From contig CAVJGK010000001.1 in assembly GCA_963648895.1 (NCBI GenBank), forward strand, positions 26,745-90,744: DNA of 64,000 bases, read 5' to 3'. Each line of letters begins with the position of its first letter. The first letter of the stretch is position 1. The DNA comes from Lachnospiraceae bacterium. GTDB lineage: Bacteria > Bacillota_I > Bacilli_A > RFN20 > CAG-449. Below the pieces are notes generated by a model. That model had not been told where the DNA came from. It was given only the letters and a program-made list of their open reading frames with translations, and did no database searches. This document shows positions 26,612 to 37,578 of the stretch, piece after piece. Both the position numbers and the translations under genes were made by a program.

Positions 26612-27312
26612 TATTTTCTTCCTCCGATTTTCTTTAATGATTTTAAAAACTTATTTAATTTTTTCTTTTTTCTATTACTTAGTTCTGGTTTTTCTAATTC
26701 TACAGTTCCTTCAGAAATACCTTTAAGGAACTTAGCACCATTCCATTGATCTCTTGTTTCAGCGTCCTCAGATAATTCTTTATCTAATTCTTCAGATGTT
26801 TTCATTAAGCTCTTAGTATACGCTTCTAATACTTCAGCTTTTTCATCTTCAGTTGCTTCATCAAATTCTGGTAATATTTCTAAACCATAATCTGCAACAA
26901 GGATTCCATTTAGAGCATCCATTGCTTCACACATTATAATACTTGCTGCTTCATTCATTTTTAATGCTTTAGGTTTTGCTTCTATATCTTGATATGTAAT
27001 TGTTATATCTGTAAATCTAGGTATAAAATATTCTTTACCTGTTAACCAATCTTTTTCTCTGAAAATAATCATTGTATTTCTTTCAGTAATCGCTGGATTA
27101 AACATAACAACTACTCTATCTTTAAACTTAATTGCGATTGCTCTTTCTGAGTAACCAATTTGATTTGATGTTAGATATAGTCTATCGTCCTTTGCTTGGA
27201 GCGTATCGCATAGGTCTTCCATAATTTGAAGAGATTTATCTGTATCTTTTACATCAAATTCTCTCGCTCTTTCTGAAAGTTTTGTAACACTTCTTATTAT
27301 TCTTTTCTTCAT
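26611..27312 (-). CDS. hypothetical protein
   Basis: 233 aa with a basic C-terminus. Confidence 0.45.
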   Translation of the reverse strand: MKKRIIRSVTKLSERAREFDVKDTDKSLQIMEDLCDTLQAKDDRLYLTSNQIGYSERAIAIKFKDRVVVMFNPAITERNTMIIFREKDWLTGKEYFIPRFTDITITYQDIEAKPKALKMNEAASIIMCEAMDALNGILVADYGLEILPEFDEATEDEKAEVLEAYTKSLMKTSEELDKELSEDAETRDQWNGAKFLKGISEGTVELEKPELSNRKKKKLNKFLKSLKKIGGRK

Positions 27313-27321
27313 ATTGTCTGT

Positions 27322-27591
27322 CTATCTCTCCTCTACAGAAATACTATACTGATTTGTTTCGAAGTTACCTTTAAGGACTACTTCAAATTCACCATCTGTA
27401 TATCTATATAAACTCTCTGTAGAATCTATATCATCTTCTAATAGTTCTAGCTCTCTGTTATTGCTCCATAAAGCAAGTATATCAGCAAATTCATCACTAG
27501 AATCTAAACTAACTGTAAATTGATTATTATTAAATGTTCCAGAGTCAAAATCAATTGCTAAGACATTTTCTATAAATTCTCTGATTGACAT
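27322..27591 (-). CDS. hypothetical protein
   Basis: 89 aa ORF. Confidence 0.35.
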   Translation of the reverse strand: MSIREFIENVLAIDFDSGTFNNNQFTVSLDSSDEFADILALWSNNRELELLEDDIDSTESLYRYTDGEFEVVLKGNFETNQYSISVEER

Positions 27592-27953
27592 TCTTCATGC
27601 TCCTCTGGAAGAGTATCCTTAATTTTAGCTAATGTTTCTTCATTTTCTTCTAGCACTTGATCTAGTGTAGCATTTTTAGCTTCAAACTCTTTTAATGCTT
27701 TTTGTTGATCTCTTAATGCTTTCTCATTCCTTAAGTTTTGAATAAATTTAGGTGGTTGATACATTAAATGTACTATATAAGCAACCCTATCGTAATTTGC
27801 TTTTACATTCATGTAATAGTTTTCAAAATTAGTTTTTTGCTCTTCTGAAACTAAACCTTGCTCAATTTCTTTGTTTACTTTGTCCAGCATCTTATTCAGT
27901 TCGTTATACTGTTTTTGGAGTTGAACAAAATAATTTTGTACATCTTTCTTCAT
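27570..27953 (-). CDS. hypothetical coiled-coil protein
   Basis: 127 aa ORF. Confidence 0.4.
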   Translation of the reverse strand: MKKDVQNYFVQLQKQYNELNKMLDKVNKEIEQGLVSEEQKTNFENYYMNVKANYDRVAYIVHLMYQPPKFIQNLRNEKALRDQQKALKEFEAKNATLDQVLEENEETLAKIKDTLPEEHEECQSENL

Positions 27954-27954
27954 C

Positions 27955-28479
27955 TTAGTTCTCCTCTTTCTTAACTGCTTCTACATCTATTGCATCTGTC
28001 TCATTATTTATATTACCTAATATATCTTGTACTGCTGCTAATACTTTTCTTCTAGATTCTCTATTTAAACCCATACTAGAAGCATCTACAGAAATATTAG
28101 GACCTTGATTTATATTGATTTGTGTTATTTGTGTACCAGCTTGTTCACCAACATTTATTGCTTCTTGTGCTGCTTGCATATACTTAACTAAGTCTTGGTC
28201 TTTGATTAAATCAGGAGTTGATGCCATTCTATTAATGATTTCATCATCTATCATAGTTAACATGTTAGATAATTTATTTGCCCTAACGATATCTTTCTTA
28301 CGCCTGTTCAACTCAAAGAGTTTAGTTAAATCGTTTAATTCATTTGCATCAGTTGCACCTATGATTTTATCGGTTAATTGATTTCCTTCTCTAGCTAATT
28401 TTGCTGTTGTAGATAACTCTTCTGTTTTTGTAAGCTCTAACGCTTTATCTTGTTCTTCTTGTAATTCAATATCTGCCAT
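27955..28479 (-). CDS. hypothetical protein
   Basis: 174 aa ORF. Confidence 0.4.
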   Translation of the reverse strand: MADIELQEEQDKALELTKTEELSTTAKLAREGNQLTDKIIGATDANELNDLTKLFELNRRKKDIVRANKLSNMLTMIDDEIINRMASTPDLIKDQDLVKYMQAAQEAINVGEQAGTQITQININQGPNISVDASSMGLNRESRRKVLAAVQDILGNINNETDAIDVEAVKKEEN

Positions 28480-28808
28480 TAGAAGAACTCCTTATATACA
28501 TTAGTTATCTTATCTGCTAGAGATTGCTCTAGAGCTAATTGTAATGGATTCTGTTCATCTACAATTGCTTTATTAATACTATTTTCAAATGTTGGTTTAG
28601 GCACAAACCTGTATCTAACCCCTTCATTATCAAATTTAATCTTTAGAATACCAAATCCAAAATCAATATCAACTTGATCATCTTTATTTTGTACTGCATT
28701 TTCTACTGCATCACAAATAATCCACATCGCTTGTTTTGCCAATCTATTAATAGAAGCAAGTTGAATTGTGGTTAATTGAGATAAATCTTCTGCTAAGTTA
28801 ACTCGCAC
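28479..28808 (-). CDS. hypothetical protein
   Basis: 109 aa ORF. Confidence 0.4.
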   Translation of the reverse strand: MRVNLAEDLSQLTTIQLASINRLAKQAMWIICDAVENAVQNKDDQVDIDFGFGILKIKFDNEGVRYRFVPKPTFENSINKAIVDEQNPLQLALEQSLADKITNVYKEFF

Positions 28809-28993
28809 TTTGTAATCCTCCTTGCTACATATGTAATATTTTCTTTTGCTTTAATTTCAGTTCTTTCAACTGAATTATTTAAATTGTGTACGTAATTAAT
28901 TAATGTCTTATCTAGTCTATCTTTTATACTGTCTGTTAATTTATAATTCTCAAATTTATATATATCTGCTCTAACAGATTCTAAGCTAGTCAT
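28793..28993 (-). CDS. hypothetical protein
   Basis: 66 aa ORF. Confidence 0.3.
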   Translation of the reverse strand: MTSLESVRADIYKFENYKLTDSIKDRLDKTLINYVHNLNNSVERTEIKAKENITYVARRITKCELT

Positions 28994-29348
28994 ATTCTTC
29001 TAGAATTTCTGAAAAAGCTTGATACCTATCAAATAGTTCCTTCTTACCGTCTACTGTAATATCAACTTCTTGATACGCTTTTTCAAAAGACATTCCTTCA
29101 TGAACTTTCTGATAAACTAATAAAACATTAATCATTTTCTTTAACTCGGTCATAGTAGGCACTGTAATTGTTGTACCCCCATATACAGAACATAACTTAA
29201 ATAAACTTTCTTTATCTAGCACATAAATTAATTCGCATAGAGAACTATATTCAGGTTTATCACTTAATTTATATATGCCATATAACAATAAGTTTATTAA
29301 ATCAGTATCTGCCAAGTTATTTAAATCTTTTGTTAATTGTCTTTGCAT
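28986..29348 (-). CDS. hypothetical protein
   Basis: 120 aa ORF. Confidence 0.4.
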   Translation of the reverse strand: MQRQLTKDLNNLADTDLINLLLYGIYKLSDKPEYSSLCELIYVLDKESLFKLCSVYGGTTITVPTMTELKKMINVLLVYQKVHEGMSFEKAYQEVDITVDGKKELFDRYQAFSEILEEYD

Positions 29349-30157
29349 AAATCATTATTATCCCCATAGGTAGAATTCATTATGGCATTAAAATCATCTA
29401 CATTAATGCTTTCATCAACTATAATTTCTTTAATCTCTTCTAGCATTGCATTTTTAGCTTTGTTAATTGTTACCTGTACAATAGTTGCATAAGACTCATC
29501 TAAATGCCATAAAATAATATCTTTGTCTCTATACTTATTTAAAAACTTTGCCTCATCGAAAGATTCTTTATTTTGTCTTTCTGTATAATCAGCTTGTTTA
29601 CGCCTATCTAATGTAATTTGATTTACAAATGTTAATAAGCAAGAAGTATATAAATTTTGATATATAGCATCATGTTGCAAAGATTTGGGAATACTTCTTT
29701 TAACTATTTTAGGCGTAGCACGTAGTAGTTCTTCCATTAGATCTACAGTACGTTGATGATTTGCTTTTTCCAATGTTGCTCTACAAGTTTCTAAATATTT
29801 ATCATTATCCCAGTCAACATACTCATTCAGCAATTCTTGATGACGCTCTTTTTCATATGCCATACGTCTAAAAGAGGCAACTGATTTAATATAATTAAGA
29901 CTTGACTTTAAGTTAGATAATTCTTCATTATGTCGTCTTTTAAATACATCATATGCCATAAAAGATGCAAATCCTTCATAGTCTTTAGATGATCTAAAAT
30001 ATCTTCTTTTACATGCAACCATATAAGACAAGCACCACAAATAAACATATGCTTTTTCTAAATCACAATCTTCTTTGTAGAAATTAGCATCAAGTCATAT
30101 GCTCATTTGTGTGTAAGTTACATCTTTAGGTTTAGTTATTAATTGTGGTATTGCCAT
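29333..30157 (-). CDS. hypothetical regulator-like protein with one in-frame TGA in the N-terminal extension
   Basis: ATG at 30157, directly after TAA-TGA. Reads MAIPQLITKPKDVTYTQMSI[TGA]LDANFYKEDCDLEKAYVYL, then joins the track ORF (WCLSYMVACKRR...). The true start is uncertain because no SD is visible. Confidence 0.35.
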
Positions 30158-30173
30158 TCATTATAATATACAA

Positions 30174-32045
30174 CTAATGAGCAGTAATATGTGAAATTCC
30201 ATCCTCTCCCTTTTCAACAATTAATTTACTATCATAAGAAATAGATAAATCATTAATATGGTGGGAAATAATAAATACACTTTCAATATTAGATAAATTG
30301 GTTATAACTGATAAAATCTTTTGGCAACCCTTAGCATCTAAAAAGTCGAAAATTTCATCAATAACTAATATATTGCTTGTAATACCTAACTGAGAGCTTA
30401 ATAAATCACGTAAAGCAAGCTGGATAATAATGTCTACCTTTTGTTTTTCACCGCCTGATAATGCTTCGTAATATTTATTATCATAAATAATATCTATATA
30501 GTTCTCATTTAAACTAAATGATAAAGCATCAGAATCAAATACTTCTTTTGAATAAAAACCTACTCGCTGATTTATATAATTAATTACATTTTCTAGAAGT
30601 ATTCCTCTAAACTCACGCTTAGCTAATGAAATCAAATTGGTGATAACCTGTATATGCTCATTGTCTACTACAATAGAAGACTCAATATTTTTTAGTTCTT
30701 TCTTTAACTTAGCAATATTTACCTCTAGTTCGTCTTTAGCACTTATAAGTTTATTATAGTTATCAGCTAATGTTTTTAATCTTACTTGTTCTTGTAGTTG
30801 TTGTTGCTGCTCTTTAGTTAATTGCTTTAAATCAGAGTCTAACTTTTTTAAAGTGTCATTTTTTTGTTTTTTATCTGCTAGATAATCGGCGTCTGCACTT
30901 TTTTGCTTTTCTGTATATTGAGACTCTATTTCTTTTATATTAGCACGCAAGCTCGTGATTTCCTTTTGCTTCTCCGTAATTGCTAGACTCTTAACCCGAG
31001 TCTCTTCCCATGCAGCACTGGTATCTATTTTAGTAACATTTAATAATTTTTGACCACAGGTTGGACAAATATCTGTAACTGCATCTAATTTCATTAATCT
31101 ATTAATTTCTGTAGTAAGCTCAGCTTTCCATGCAATATATTCATTATTGGCGAGTTCTACTGCTTTCTTTGGTTCTATCAATGCTTCTCGCAAACTGCTT
31201 TGTAGGTCTACTTTTGCTTGGTTATAACTTTCGTCCAATACCTGTAAACTATCCTTTTCTCTATTTAGTTGTTCTTTGATATTCGTGCAATCTGAAGAAA
31301 GTTGTTTAATATCAGTGTCTAAAACATTTAAAAAATCATTTAAAGAACCATTTCGAGCGTACTTATCAAATTCTTTTAAATCTGCTTTAGCTACTTTTAA
31401 TTGGTCCTGATATATAGATAATTGTGTATTTAAACTTACTTTAGAATCTTCATGTGCTCTTAATTGTCCTGCAAGCTCTAGCTTACGGTCATCTAGTTTA
31501 GTTCTTACCGACTGAATCATATAATCTGACTTAGTTAACTTTTCTAGCTTTTCTTTTCGTAACCCTGGATGACCTTCCGTAAATTTACATGGTAAACCTT
31601 GACCTAGAATGATAACGCTTCCTAATAGCATTGAGGTTAAATCAGGTACATATTTTGCTAAGATTTGATTTGATTCTTTAATGCCTTTGCCAGATTTGTC
31701 TATACCATTAATATAGATTTTTAATTCTTGCTTTGGAGTTTTTACTCTTTTGATAACAAATTGATCATCATTAATATTAAACTCTAATTCTACCCAGCAA
31801 TCATTTGGATCAGCATAAATATTTTCTAAATTCTTAGATAATCCTTGAATTGTTTCTCCAGTTAAAGCAAAACTGATAGCATTGAAAACAGAAGATTTTC
31901 CTGACCCATTCGAAATAGCGTTATCTATTGTCCTATTATTTTTACCAGAAACAATCGTATACCCTAAACTATCGAGCAATACTTCTGCATGGTCAAAGCA
32001 AAGAAAATTGTGCATTGTTGCTTTTTTAAATTTGATATTAATCAT
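30174..32045 (-). CDS. sbcC: SbcC/Rad50-like ATPase
   Basis: Walker A SNGSGKSSVFNAI, long coiled coils with a CPTCGQ zinc hook, signature LSGGEKQKVDII, Walker B LVIDEIFDFLD. Confidence 0.75.
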   Translation of the reverse strand: MINIKFKKATMHNFLCFDHAEVLLDSLGYTIVSGKNNRTIDNAISNGSGKSSVFNAISFALTGETIQGLSKNLENIYADPNDCWVELEFNINDDQFVIKRVKTPKQELKIYINGIDKSGKGIKESNQILAKYVPDLTSMLLGSVIILGQGLPCKFTEGHPGLRKEKLEKLTKSDYMIQSVRTKLDDRKLELAGQLRAHEDSKVSLNTQLSIYQDQLKVAKADLKEFDKYARNGSLNDFLNVLDTDIKQLSSDCTNIKEQLNREKDSLQVLDESYNQAKVDLQSSLREALIEPKKAVELANNEYIAWKAELTTEINRLMKLDAVTDICPTCGQKLLNVTKIDTSAAWEETRVKSLAITEKQKEITSLRANIKEIESQYTEKQKSADADYLADKKQKNDTLKKLDSDLKQLTKEQQQQLQEQVRLKTLADNYNKLISAKDELEVNIAKLKKELKNIESSIVVDNEHIQVITNLISLAKREFRGILLENVINYINQRVGFYSKEVFDSDALSFSLNENYIDIIYDNKYYEALSGGEKQKVDIIIQLALRDLLSSQLGITSNILVIDEIFDFLDAKGCQKILSVITNLSNIESVFIISHHINDLSISYDSKLIVEKGEDGISHITAH

Positions 32046-33088
32046 TATAGAACTCCTCGTAATCTCATTAATTCATCAGATAAAGCTGGACTTGCCTCAA
32101 ACTTAGTATTTGCTAAATCAATAAATTGTTGAATATGGTCTACTTTTGTAGAAAGTATTGAATCTTCGCTTGAAAATTCCGTACTGCTATAAATTGAATT
32201 TAACCTATATTCTAAAATGTTAGGCGCATTATAAATTTTATTTAAAGTAGTCTCTTTTAAATTATTACTGCAAATAATTGAAACAACTGCATTTTGTTTT
32301 AAATTATCGAGAATAGTTAAATCTTTTTCTTCATTTAAAGTTAGCTTATAAAAATTAATAGCATGTGGATTTTCAACTGCATCTAAAATAATTGCGCCAT
32401 CATCTGTTACGGTTAATAAATACGCTAAATGTTCATATTTTAAAGCATCTTCATTAAAATTTTGACCAGTTAAATTTCCTATTAATACTATTTTCTTTTC
32501 TATTGTTTGTCCATTATGTAAATGTCCATCTAAGAATAAAGTACAATTCTCTAGAATATCTTTGATATCCATGCCTGTTTGACTGGTATATTTCCCGTAT
32601 TGAAGACCTGCAATATCTAAATGTGCAAAAACTACATTCTTTTTATTCTTATCCACAATAATGTCTGCTAATTTAGGTAATCTATCATCTGTTAAATAAG
32701 GAATAAAGTAAAAATCCACATAATTATTTATTATTCTTCTTTGAATTGTGCTATAAACATTAGCACCAATACTTTCAAAAAACTTTGTAGAAGAGAACTC
32801 TAAACTACTCACATTTGATTCATGGTTACCTACAATAAATGAATGATGATTTTTAGACCAATTTACATCTTGTAACGCTGAAATCTCTTCGCAATTTAAC
32901 GACTCTTTATCAAAAAAATCTCCTGCTGAAATAACATCTTCGCATCCTGTTTGACACGCTAAGTCTTCAACCCAGTTCATAGAATCTATTAAATTTTCTA
33001 GACGAACTGAATACTTATTACCTCTTCGTCTTAAAATAGAACTATATTGAGACCAATGAGGATCTGTATATACTAAGAACTTATGCAT
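32045..33088 (-). CDS. sbcD: SbcD/Mre11-like nuclease
   Basis: Calcineurin-like phosphoesterase motifs DPHW, GDFFD, GNHES and GHLH. Confidence 0.7.
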   Translation of the reverse strand: MHKFLVYTDPHWSQYSSILRRRGNKYSVRLENLIDSMNWVEDLACQTGCEDVISAGDFFDKESLNCEEISALQDVNWSKNHHSFIVGNHESNVSSLEFSSTKFFESIGANVYSTIQRRIINNYVDFYFIPYLTDDRLPKLADIIVDKNKKNVVFAHLDIAGLQYGKYTSQTGMDIKDILENCTLFLDGHLHNGQTIEKKIVLIGNLTGQNFNEDALKYEHLAYLLTVTDDGAIILDAVENPHAINFYKLTLNEEKDLTILDNLKQNAVVSIICSNNLKETTLNKIYNAPNILEYRLNSIYSSTEFSSEDSILSTKVDHIQQFIDLANTKFEASPALSDELMRLRGVL

Positions 33089-33413
33089 CTATATCACACC
33101 ACTCTTCTATATTTAAACCTAATGCGGTAAAAAATGTTAGATAATCTTTTTCTTTTTCTTTAAATGCTTCTGTGTGTTTTGCTGCTGCCAAATTAAGAAG
33201 AAAATTTAGGTCTTTTAGGGGCATATCGTCAGTTCTAAGCGCTTGATTCATTAAATCTTCCGGTTCTTGATAATAATTATGATTTAATAATTTTTCTCCT
33301 AATCTATAATAGTTATCTACATCATACCCTGCTTCAAGCATACTCCTTAATTCATTAACAATTACTGCTAATAATCTTTCACCGCATGGGTCTTGTTTTG
33401 TTCTGTCTAGCAT
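33081..33413 (-). CDS. hypothetical protein
   Basis: 110 aa ORF. Confidence 0.4.
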   Translation of the reverse strand: MLDRTKQDPCGERLLAVIVNELRSMLEAGYDVDNYYRLGEKLLNHNYYQEPEDLMNQALRTDDMPLKDLNFLLNLAAAKHTEAFKEKEKDYLTFFTALGLNIEEWCDIDA

Positions 33414-34282
33414 ATATAATTAACCTCCAATACTTTGCAGACAATATAATCAATAATGTCTTCTACTTCTAACTCTCCGAATTTAAATTTATTTTCAATA
33501 CTACATAGCATTTTATATATCTTTATTAATTGTTCTTGTGAGTAAAATCCACAATTATATTTTTTTATTACCCATAACTGCTTATCGCTAATTCCTAAAC
33601 TTTGTGCTGTAGCATGTGTGTCTAACTGTACCCTGATAACATTTTTAAAATTATTTAGTGTAATTGTCCAAAAGTGCATAGGGGTTAAATCTATATAGGG
33701 TTTTACTTTTAGAACTTCATTTATCTTCTTTATATCTTTTTTAACCAAAGCACCTGTTAAATCAAATACTGTTGCATCTGATAAGGTATCGTAACAACCA
33801 TCTTTTACAGTTTGCTCCAAAATACTTAGTTGTTCATCTGAATTAAAAATACTTATCTTTTCCATATCAGAAATAAATCTAGCGTAATTAGTTGTATACT
33901 GTGTTATTAATGCTTCCAGATATGATTCAGGAATACCCGGTAATTTGGTAGCAACATAATCTATAACTTGCCATCTTTCTAATTTAGGAAATACAACTGC
34001 ATCCTTATTTTTAGATTCTTCACAAATCACAATGCAATTATCATGTGTATCTTCGCTTGCCCATTTTTTGATTTTTACTATATATAAGTTTGGGTCTTGA
34101 ATAAATGATTCATCAGGAATAGCGCTTAATTGGTCAATAAACTTAATATCTAAGTGTTTGTTCTCACTAATAGACTTAAGGTATTGATCAACTATTATAT
34201 TATCCTCGGTAGCAACCCAAATCATAAATGAATTATCTAAAGTATTATTTTCTATTTGTGATTTTAGTTTCTTAATATCCAT
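33407..34282 (-). CDS. hypothetical protein
   Basis: 291 aa ORF. Confidence 0.4.
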   Translation of the reverse strand: MDIKKLKSQIENNTLDNSFMIWVATEDNIIVDQYLKSISENKHLDIKFIDQLSAIPDESFIQDPNLYIVKIKKWASEDTHDNCIVICEESKNKDAVVFPKLERWQVIDYVATKLPGIPESYLEALITQYTTNYARFISDMEKISIFNSDEQLSILEQTVKDGCYDTLSDATVFDLTGALVKKDIKKINEVLKVKPYIDLTPMHFWTITLNNFKNVIRVQLDTHATAQSLGISDKQLWVIKKYNCGFYSQEQLIKIYKMLCSIENKFKFGELEVEDIIDYIVCKVLEVNYIC

Positions 34283-34307
34283 ATTTATATTATAACACTT
34301 TCTAATA

Positions 34308-35069
34308 CTATTGTAAACAGTTACATGCTTGCCACATCTCTGTTAGTAAATAATCAATCTGTATCTTTTTATTATTCATTTGCCAGATAACTTTATCTAC
34401 TTCTAAAATTTTCTTATATAATGATAAATTAGATTTTTCTAATAATACTAAACGCATCATCTTAAGAAATAAATATAAATCATACTTACTGTATTCATCG
34501 CTATAATTAATCTTCTCTGAAATTGATAGTGTGTTAGTATAGGACGCTTGAGACATTGAATCTACAATAGCATTACATAATCCATATAATTTTTGAATAT
34601 CAGTATGAGATGCAAGCTCAAGCTGACCTGGAGTATGACAAATCTTATATGCTAACGGATCAATATTACTATTATAATTGTATAAAACAGAATCAGTATA
34701 GGTATCCATTTTTAATGTATACGACCTAGTTAAGATAGTATCTAAGACTAAGCTCTCATTTTCAGCAAACAATAGAATATAAGTATATGGGGTAGGTTCT
34801 TCAAAGAATTTTAATAAAATATTCTGTTGTACTAAGTTCACCTTTAGAATATTAACAGTATATAAAGACATTGTATGACTTTCATATATTTGGTCTATAA
34901 ACTCTTTACTCAATACATCTGTTAACTCAAACGGAGTTAAATTAAATTTTTTTGTGATATAATCAATAACTTCAGATTCCTCACTACCTCTTTCACCTAT
35001 TAAAAGCAAAGAATGTGGTAAAGTTTTAAAGTTATCAATTGTTTTTAATAACTTCTCTTGTCCAATCAT
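34308..35069 (-). CDS. clamp-loader small subunit candidate (delta-prime-like)
   Basis: LLLIGERGSEESEV near the N-terminus. Lies adjacent to the clamp-loader ATPase. Confidence 0.35.
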   Translation of the reverse strand: MIGQEKLLKTIDNFKTLPHSLLLIGERGSEESEVIDYITKKFNLTPFELTDVLSKEFIDQIYESHTMSLYTVNILKVNLVQQNILLKFFEEPTPYTYILLFAENESLVLDTILTRSYTLKMDTYTDSVLYNYNSNIDPLAYKICHTPGQLELASHTDIQKLYGLCNAIVDSMSQASYTNTLSISEKINYSDEYSKYDLYLFLKMMRLVLLEKSNLSLYKKILEVDKVIWQMNNKKIQIDYLLTEMWQACNCLQ

Positions 35070-35078
35070 TTAATGCTC

Positions 35079-36098
35079 CTATTGCGAAATTAATGCAACC
35101 TCAATAGTTGTCTTTATATCGCTATCATTTTTAATCATACACTTCAAGTCTAAAATTTTATCAAGATACTTACTAAACCATTGCGCATTATTTTCAATAC
35201 CCACAGTATACTTAACTTTTTCCTCGAAGTAAACAGGAATATCAATAGCACTCATTGATTTTAATAAAATGTATTTATCTAATTGTAAAATAAATTTTAG
35301 ATAGTTAGCAATAAATAATTTTAAGTCTGTACCTTGGTTGTAGCAATATTCTATAGTCTTAATTACTTGCTCTTTATTCCCATCAATTACATAATTAGTT
35401 AAAGCAAAGTATATATCAAAACTATAATTCCCTAAACAGGCAACAACCGAATCCATATTTAATGCATTTGAATAATCTTTGCATTTATCTAAATAAGAAA
35501 TTGCTTGGCGTAATGATCCATCAGCTAACTTTGCAATATAATCAAGAGATGCTTCGTCAGCTTGTATACTTTCTTTTAAGCATATAAGGTCTAATCTTTT
35601 CTTAATTGACTCAACAGAAATTCTACCAAATGTATAAATTTGGCATCTATTCTGAACGGTCATAGGAATCTTTTGGGGATCTGTTGTACAGAAAATAAAA
35701 ATAGAATACTTAGGTGGTTCTTCTACTAGCTTTAATAAAGCGTTCCATGCTGAATTGGAAAGTAAATGACATTCATCAATAATAAAAACTTTATATTCGC
35801 TATCTAAGGATCTTTCTTGCGCTTGGTCAATAATTAAACGAACATTATCTACGCCATTATTACTAGCAGCATCTATTTCTATTGGTGTTCCAAGACCACC
35901 ATTAATTTTATTTGCAACTATTCTGGCAAGTGTAGTTTTACCAGAACCTGTAATACCTGCAAAAATTAAACAATTCTTAATTGCTTTTAATTCTATTTGT
36001 TTCTTTAAAATTGTAACTACTGATGATTGTTCTACAACATCTTCAAACTCAGTAGGTCTATATTTTGTCGCTAAACTCATATTCTTATCTCTCCTCAA
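35079..36098 (-). CDS. clamp-loader ATPase (DnaX/RFC-like AAA+)
   Basis: Walker A GITGSGKTTLARI, Walker B/sensor IIDECHLLS...LLKLVEEPP. Confidence 0.65.
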   Translation of the reverse strand: MRRDKNMSLATKYRPTEFEDVVEQSSVVTILKKQIELKAIKNCLIFAGITGSGKTTLARIVANKINGGLGTPIEIDAASNNGVDNVRLIIDQAQERSLDSEYKVFIIDECHLLSNSAWNALLKLVEEPPKYSIFIFCTTDPQKIPMTVQNRCQIYTFGRISVESIKKRLDLICLKESIQADEASLDYIAKLADGSLRQAISYLDKCKDYSNALNMDSVVACLGNYSFDIYFALTNYVIDGNKEQVIKTIEYCYNQGTDLKLFIANYLKFILQLDKYILLKSMSAIDIPVYFEEKVKYTVGIENNAQWFSKYLDKILDLKCMIKNDSDIKTTIEVALISQ

Positions 36099-36141
36099 TA
36101 ATTATTATAACAAAAAAAGGTTACAAAGTAAACTGTAACCT

Positions 36142-36510
36142 TTATAGCTCTTTTAATACTTTTATATGTTCAAACGGTAACCAACCAAAGAATTGCTCAC
36201 CTTGCGCTTCGCCATTTACAATGCCAACCCCTATAACTTTTATCATTTTGTTCATTACCGATTGTAACTCAATATTGTAATGCTTACACTGCGGTAATTT
36301 TCCACCATTCCAATTAGCAGCAAGCGCATCATTAGACGCAGGATTTAATAAGCAATCATCTAACTCTATTAAATAGCAATGCTCTACTTTTAATGATGTT
36401 AAATTATAGGAAGTAGTTTTAGGGATAAATATTGATTTTGTATCATCATTATACTCTAAATCAACTGCAGTAATTTTTTCTAATTCTTTTTTAATCTTCT
36501 GACTTAGCAT
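36142..36510 (-). CDS. hypothetical protein
   Basis: 122 aa ORF. Confidence 0.4.
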   Translation of the reverse strand: MLSQKIKKELEKITAVDLEYNDDTKSIFIPKTTSYNLTSLKVEHCYLIELDDCLLNPASNDALAANWNGGKLPQCKHYNIELQSVMNKMIKVIGVGIVNGEAQGEQFFGWLPFEHIKVLKEL

Positions 36511-37135
36511 AATCCTTCATTAAGTATTGGTTTTCAGATAAATATACCGCGTGCATATCAGCAGTGTGCAATAAATAAGCTAACGGATATCTTGACATAA
36601 TCTCAGAAATATTACCTTGATTCGGAGTACCCCCTAAAGCAAAATGGTGGTTCATAATTGCGATTTGTTCTTCTTCAGTTAATTTAATAAAGCGACTTGC
36701 AATAAGTACAGAATCTACACAGTGTTCTAATCCCATAAAGCGATCTTGAGCATCCTTTACTCGGTATCCTGCAACTGATTGCCAATCATAATTACCAAGT
36801 TCATCCCATTTACTGCCTGTTGGTGAATACACCTTCTTATTTTGAACATAAGTTTCATAATAGTTTGTCTTTGAAAGATCGTGTAATAACCCACAAATAA
36901 TAACAGAATCTTGAGGAATATTAATATTATAATTTTTATACTGCTCCACTAATTCAAATAAATGATAATACACATTTAAACTATGCGCGCATAATCCGCC
37001 CTCAAAAGCAAAATGATACTTTGTTGACGCTGGTGCAATAAAAAAATCTGAGCTCTCTAAAAAATTAACAAGTTCCGGAATACCTTCTCTATCAACTGAT
37101 TCTAATACATCTAAAAATAATTGTTTGTTATCCAT
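36491..37135 (-). CDS. HD-domain phosphohydrolase
   Basis: H...HD motif (HSLNV...GLLHDLSK) with downstream MNHHF. 214 aa. Confidence 0.55.
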   Translation of the reverse strand: MDNKQLFLDVLESVDREGIPELVNFLESSDFFIAPASTKYHFAFEGGLCAHSLNVYYHLFELVEQYKNYNINIPQDSVIICGLLHDLSKTNYYETYVQNKKVYSPTGSKWDELGNYDWQSVAGYRVKDAQDRFMGLEHCVDSVLIASRFIKLTEEEQIAIMNHHFALGGTPNQGNISEIMSRYPLAYLLHTADMHAVYLSENQYLMKDYAKSED

Positions 37136-37144
37136 AGTTACTCC

Positions 37145-37339
37145 TTATTTAAATAGGCAATTGCAGTGGTTAGGATATTTTTCCCTATACCTATCTGCTA
37201 ACTTGTTTGCTTCTTCAAGCTCCAAATTTGTATTTACTTCATACTTCTTATAAGTCTTAAATCCTTGAACTTCTACATTGTACCTATTCCATTTTTCAGG
37301 CGTAGGCATGATACTAATACTTACTTTCTCGTCTGTCAT
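37145..37339 (-). CDS. hypothetical protein
   Basis: 64 aa ORF. A terminator hairpin GGAACCTTGTACGAGGACGCGAGGTTCC plus promoter lie at 37372-37440. Confidence 0.35.
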   Translation of the reverse strand: MTDEKVSISIMPTPEKWNRYNVEVQGFKTYKKYEVNTNLELEEANKLADRYREKYPNHCNCLFK

Positions 37340-37578
37340 CGTTTTTTAGTCTCCTTTTACATTAATAATTATAAGTCAATACATTATAAAAGTAAACTAA
37401 AAAAGGAACCTCGCGTCCTCGTACAAGGTTCCCAAAAGGAGTTACACTTGAAGCGCCTGCAACACTTCAAGCATATATTATGAAAAACCGTCATTTATTA
37501 GAAAGAAGAAAGTATATGATTTTAGCAGGTTTTGCTTTATTGTCCTACCTAAAACGGTTCAACATATTATACACCTTT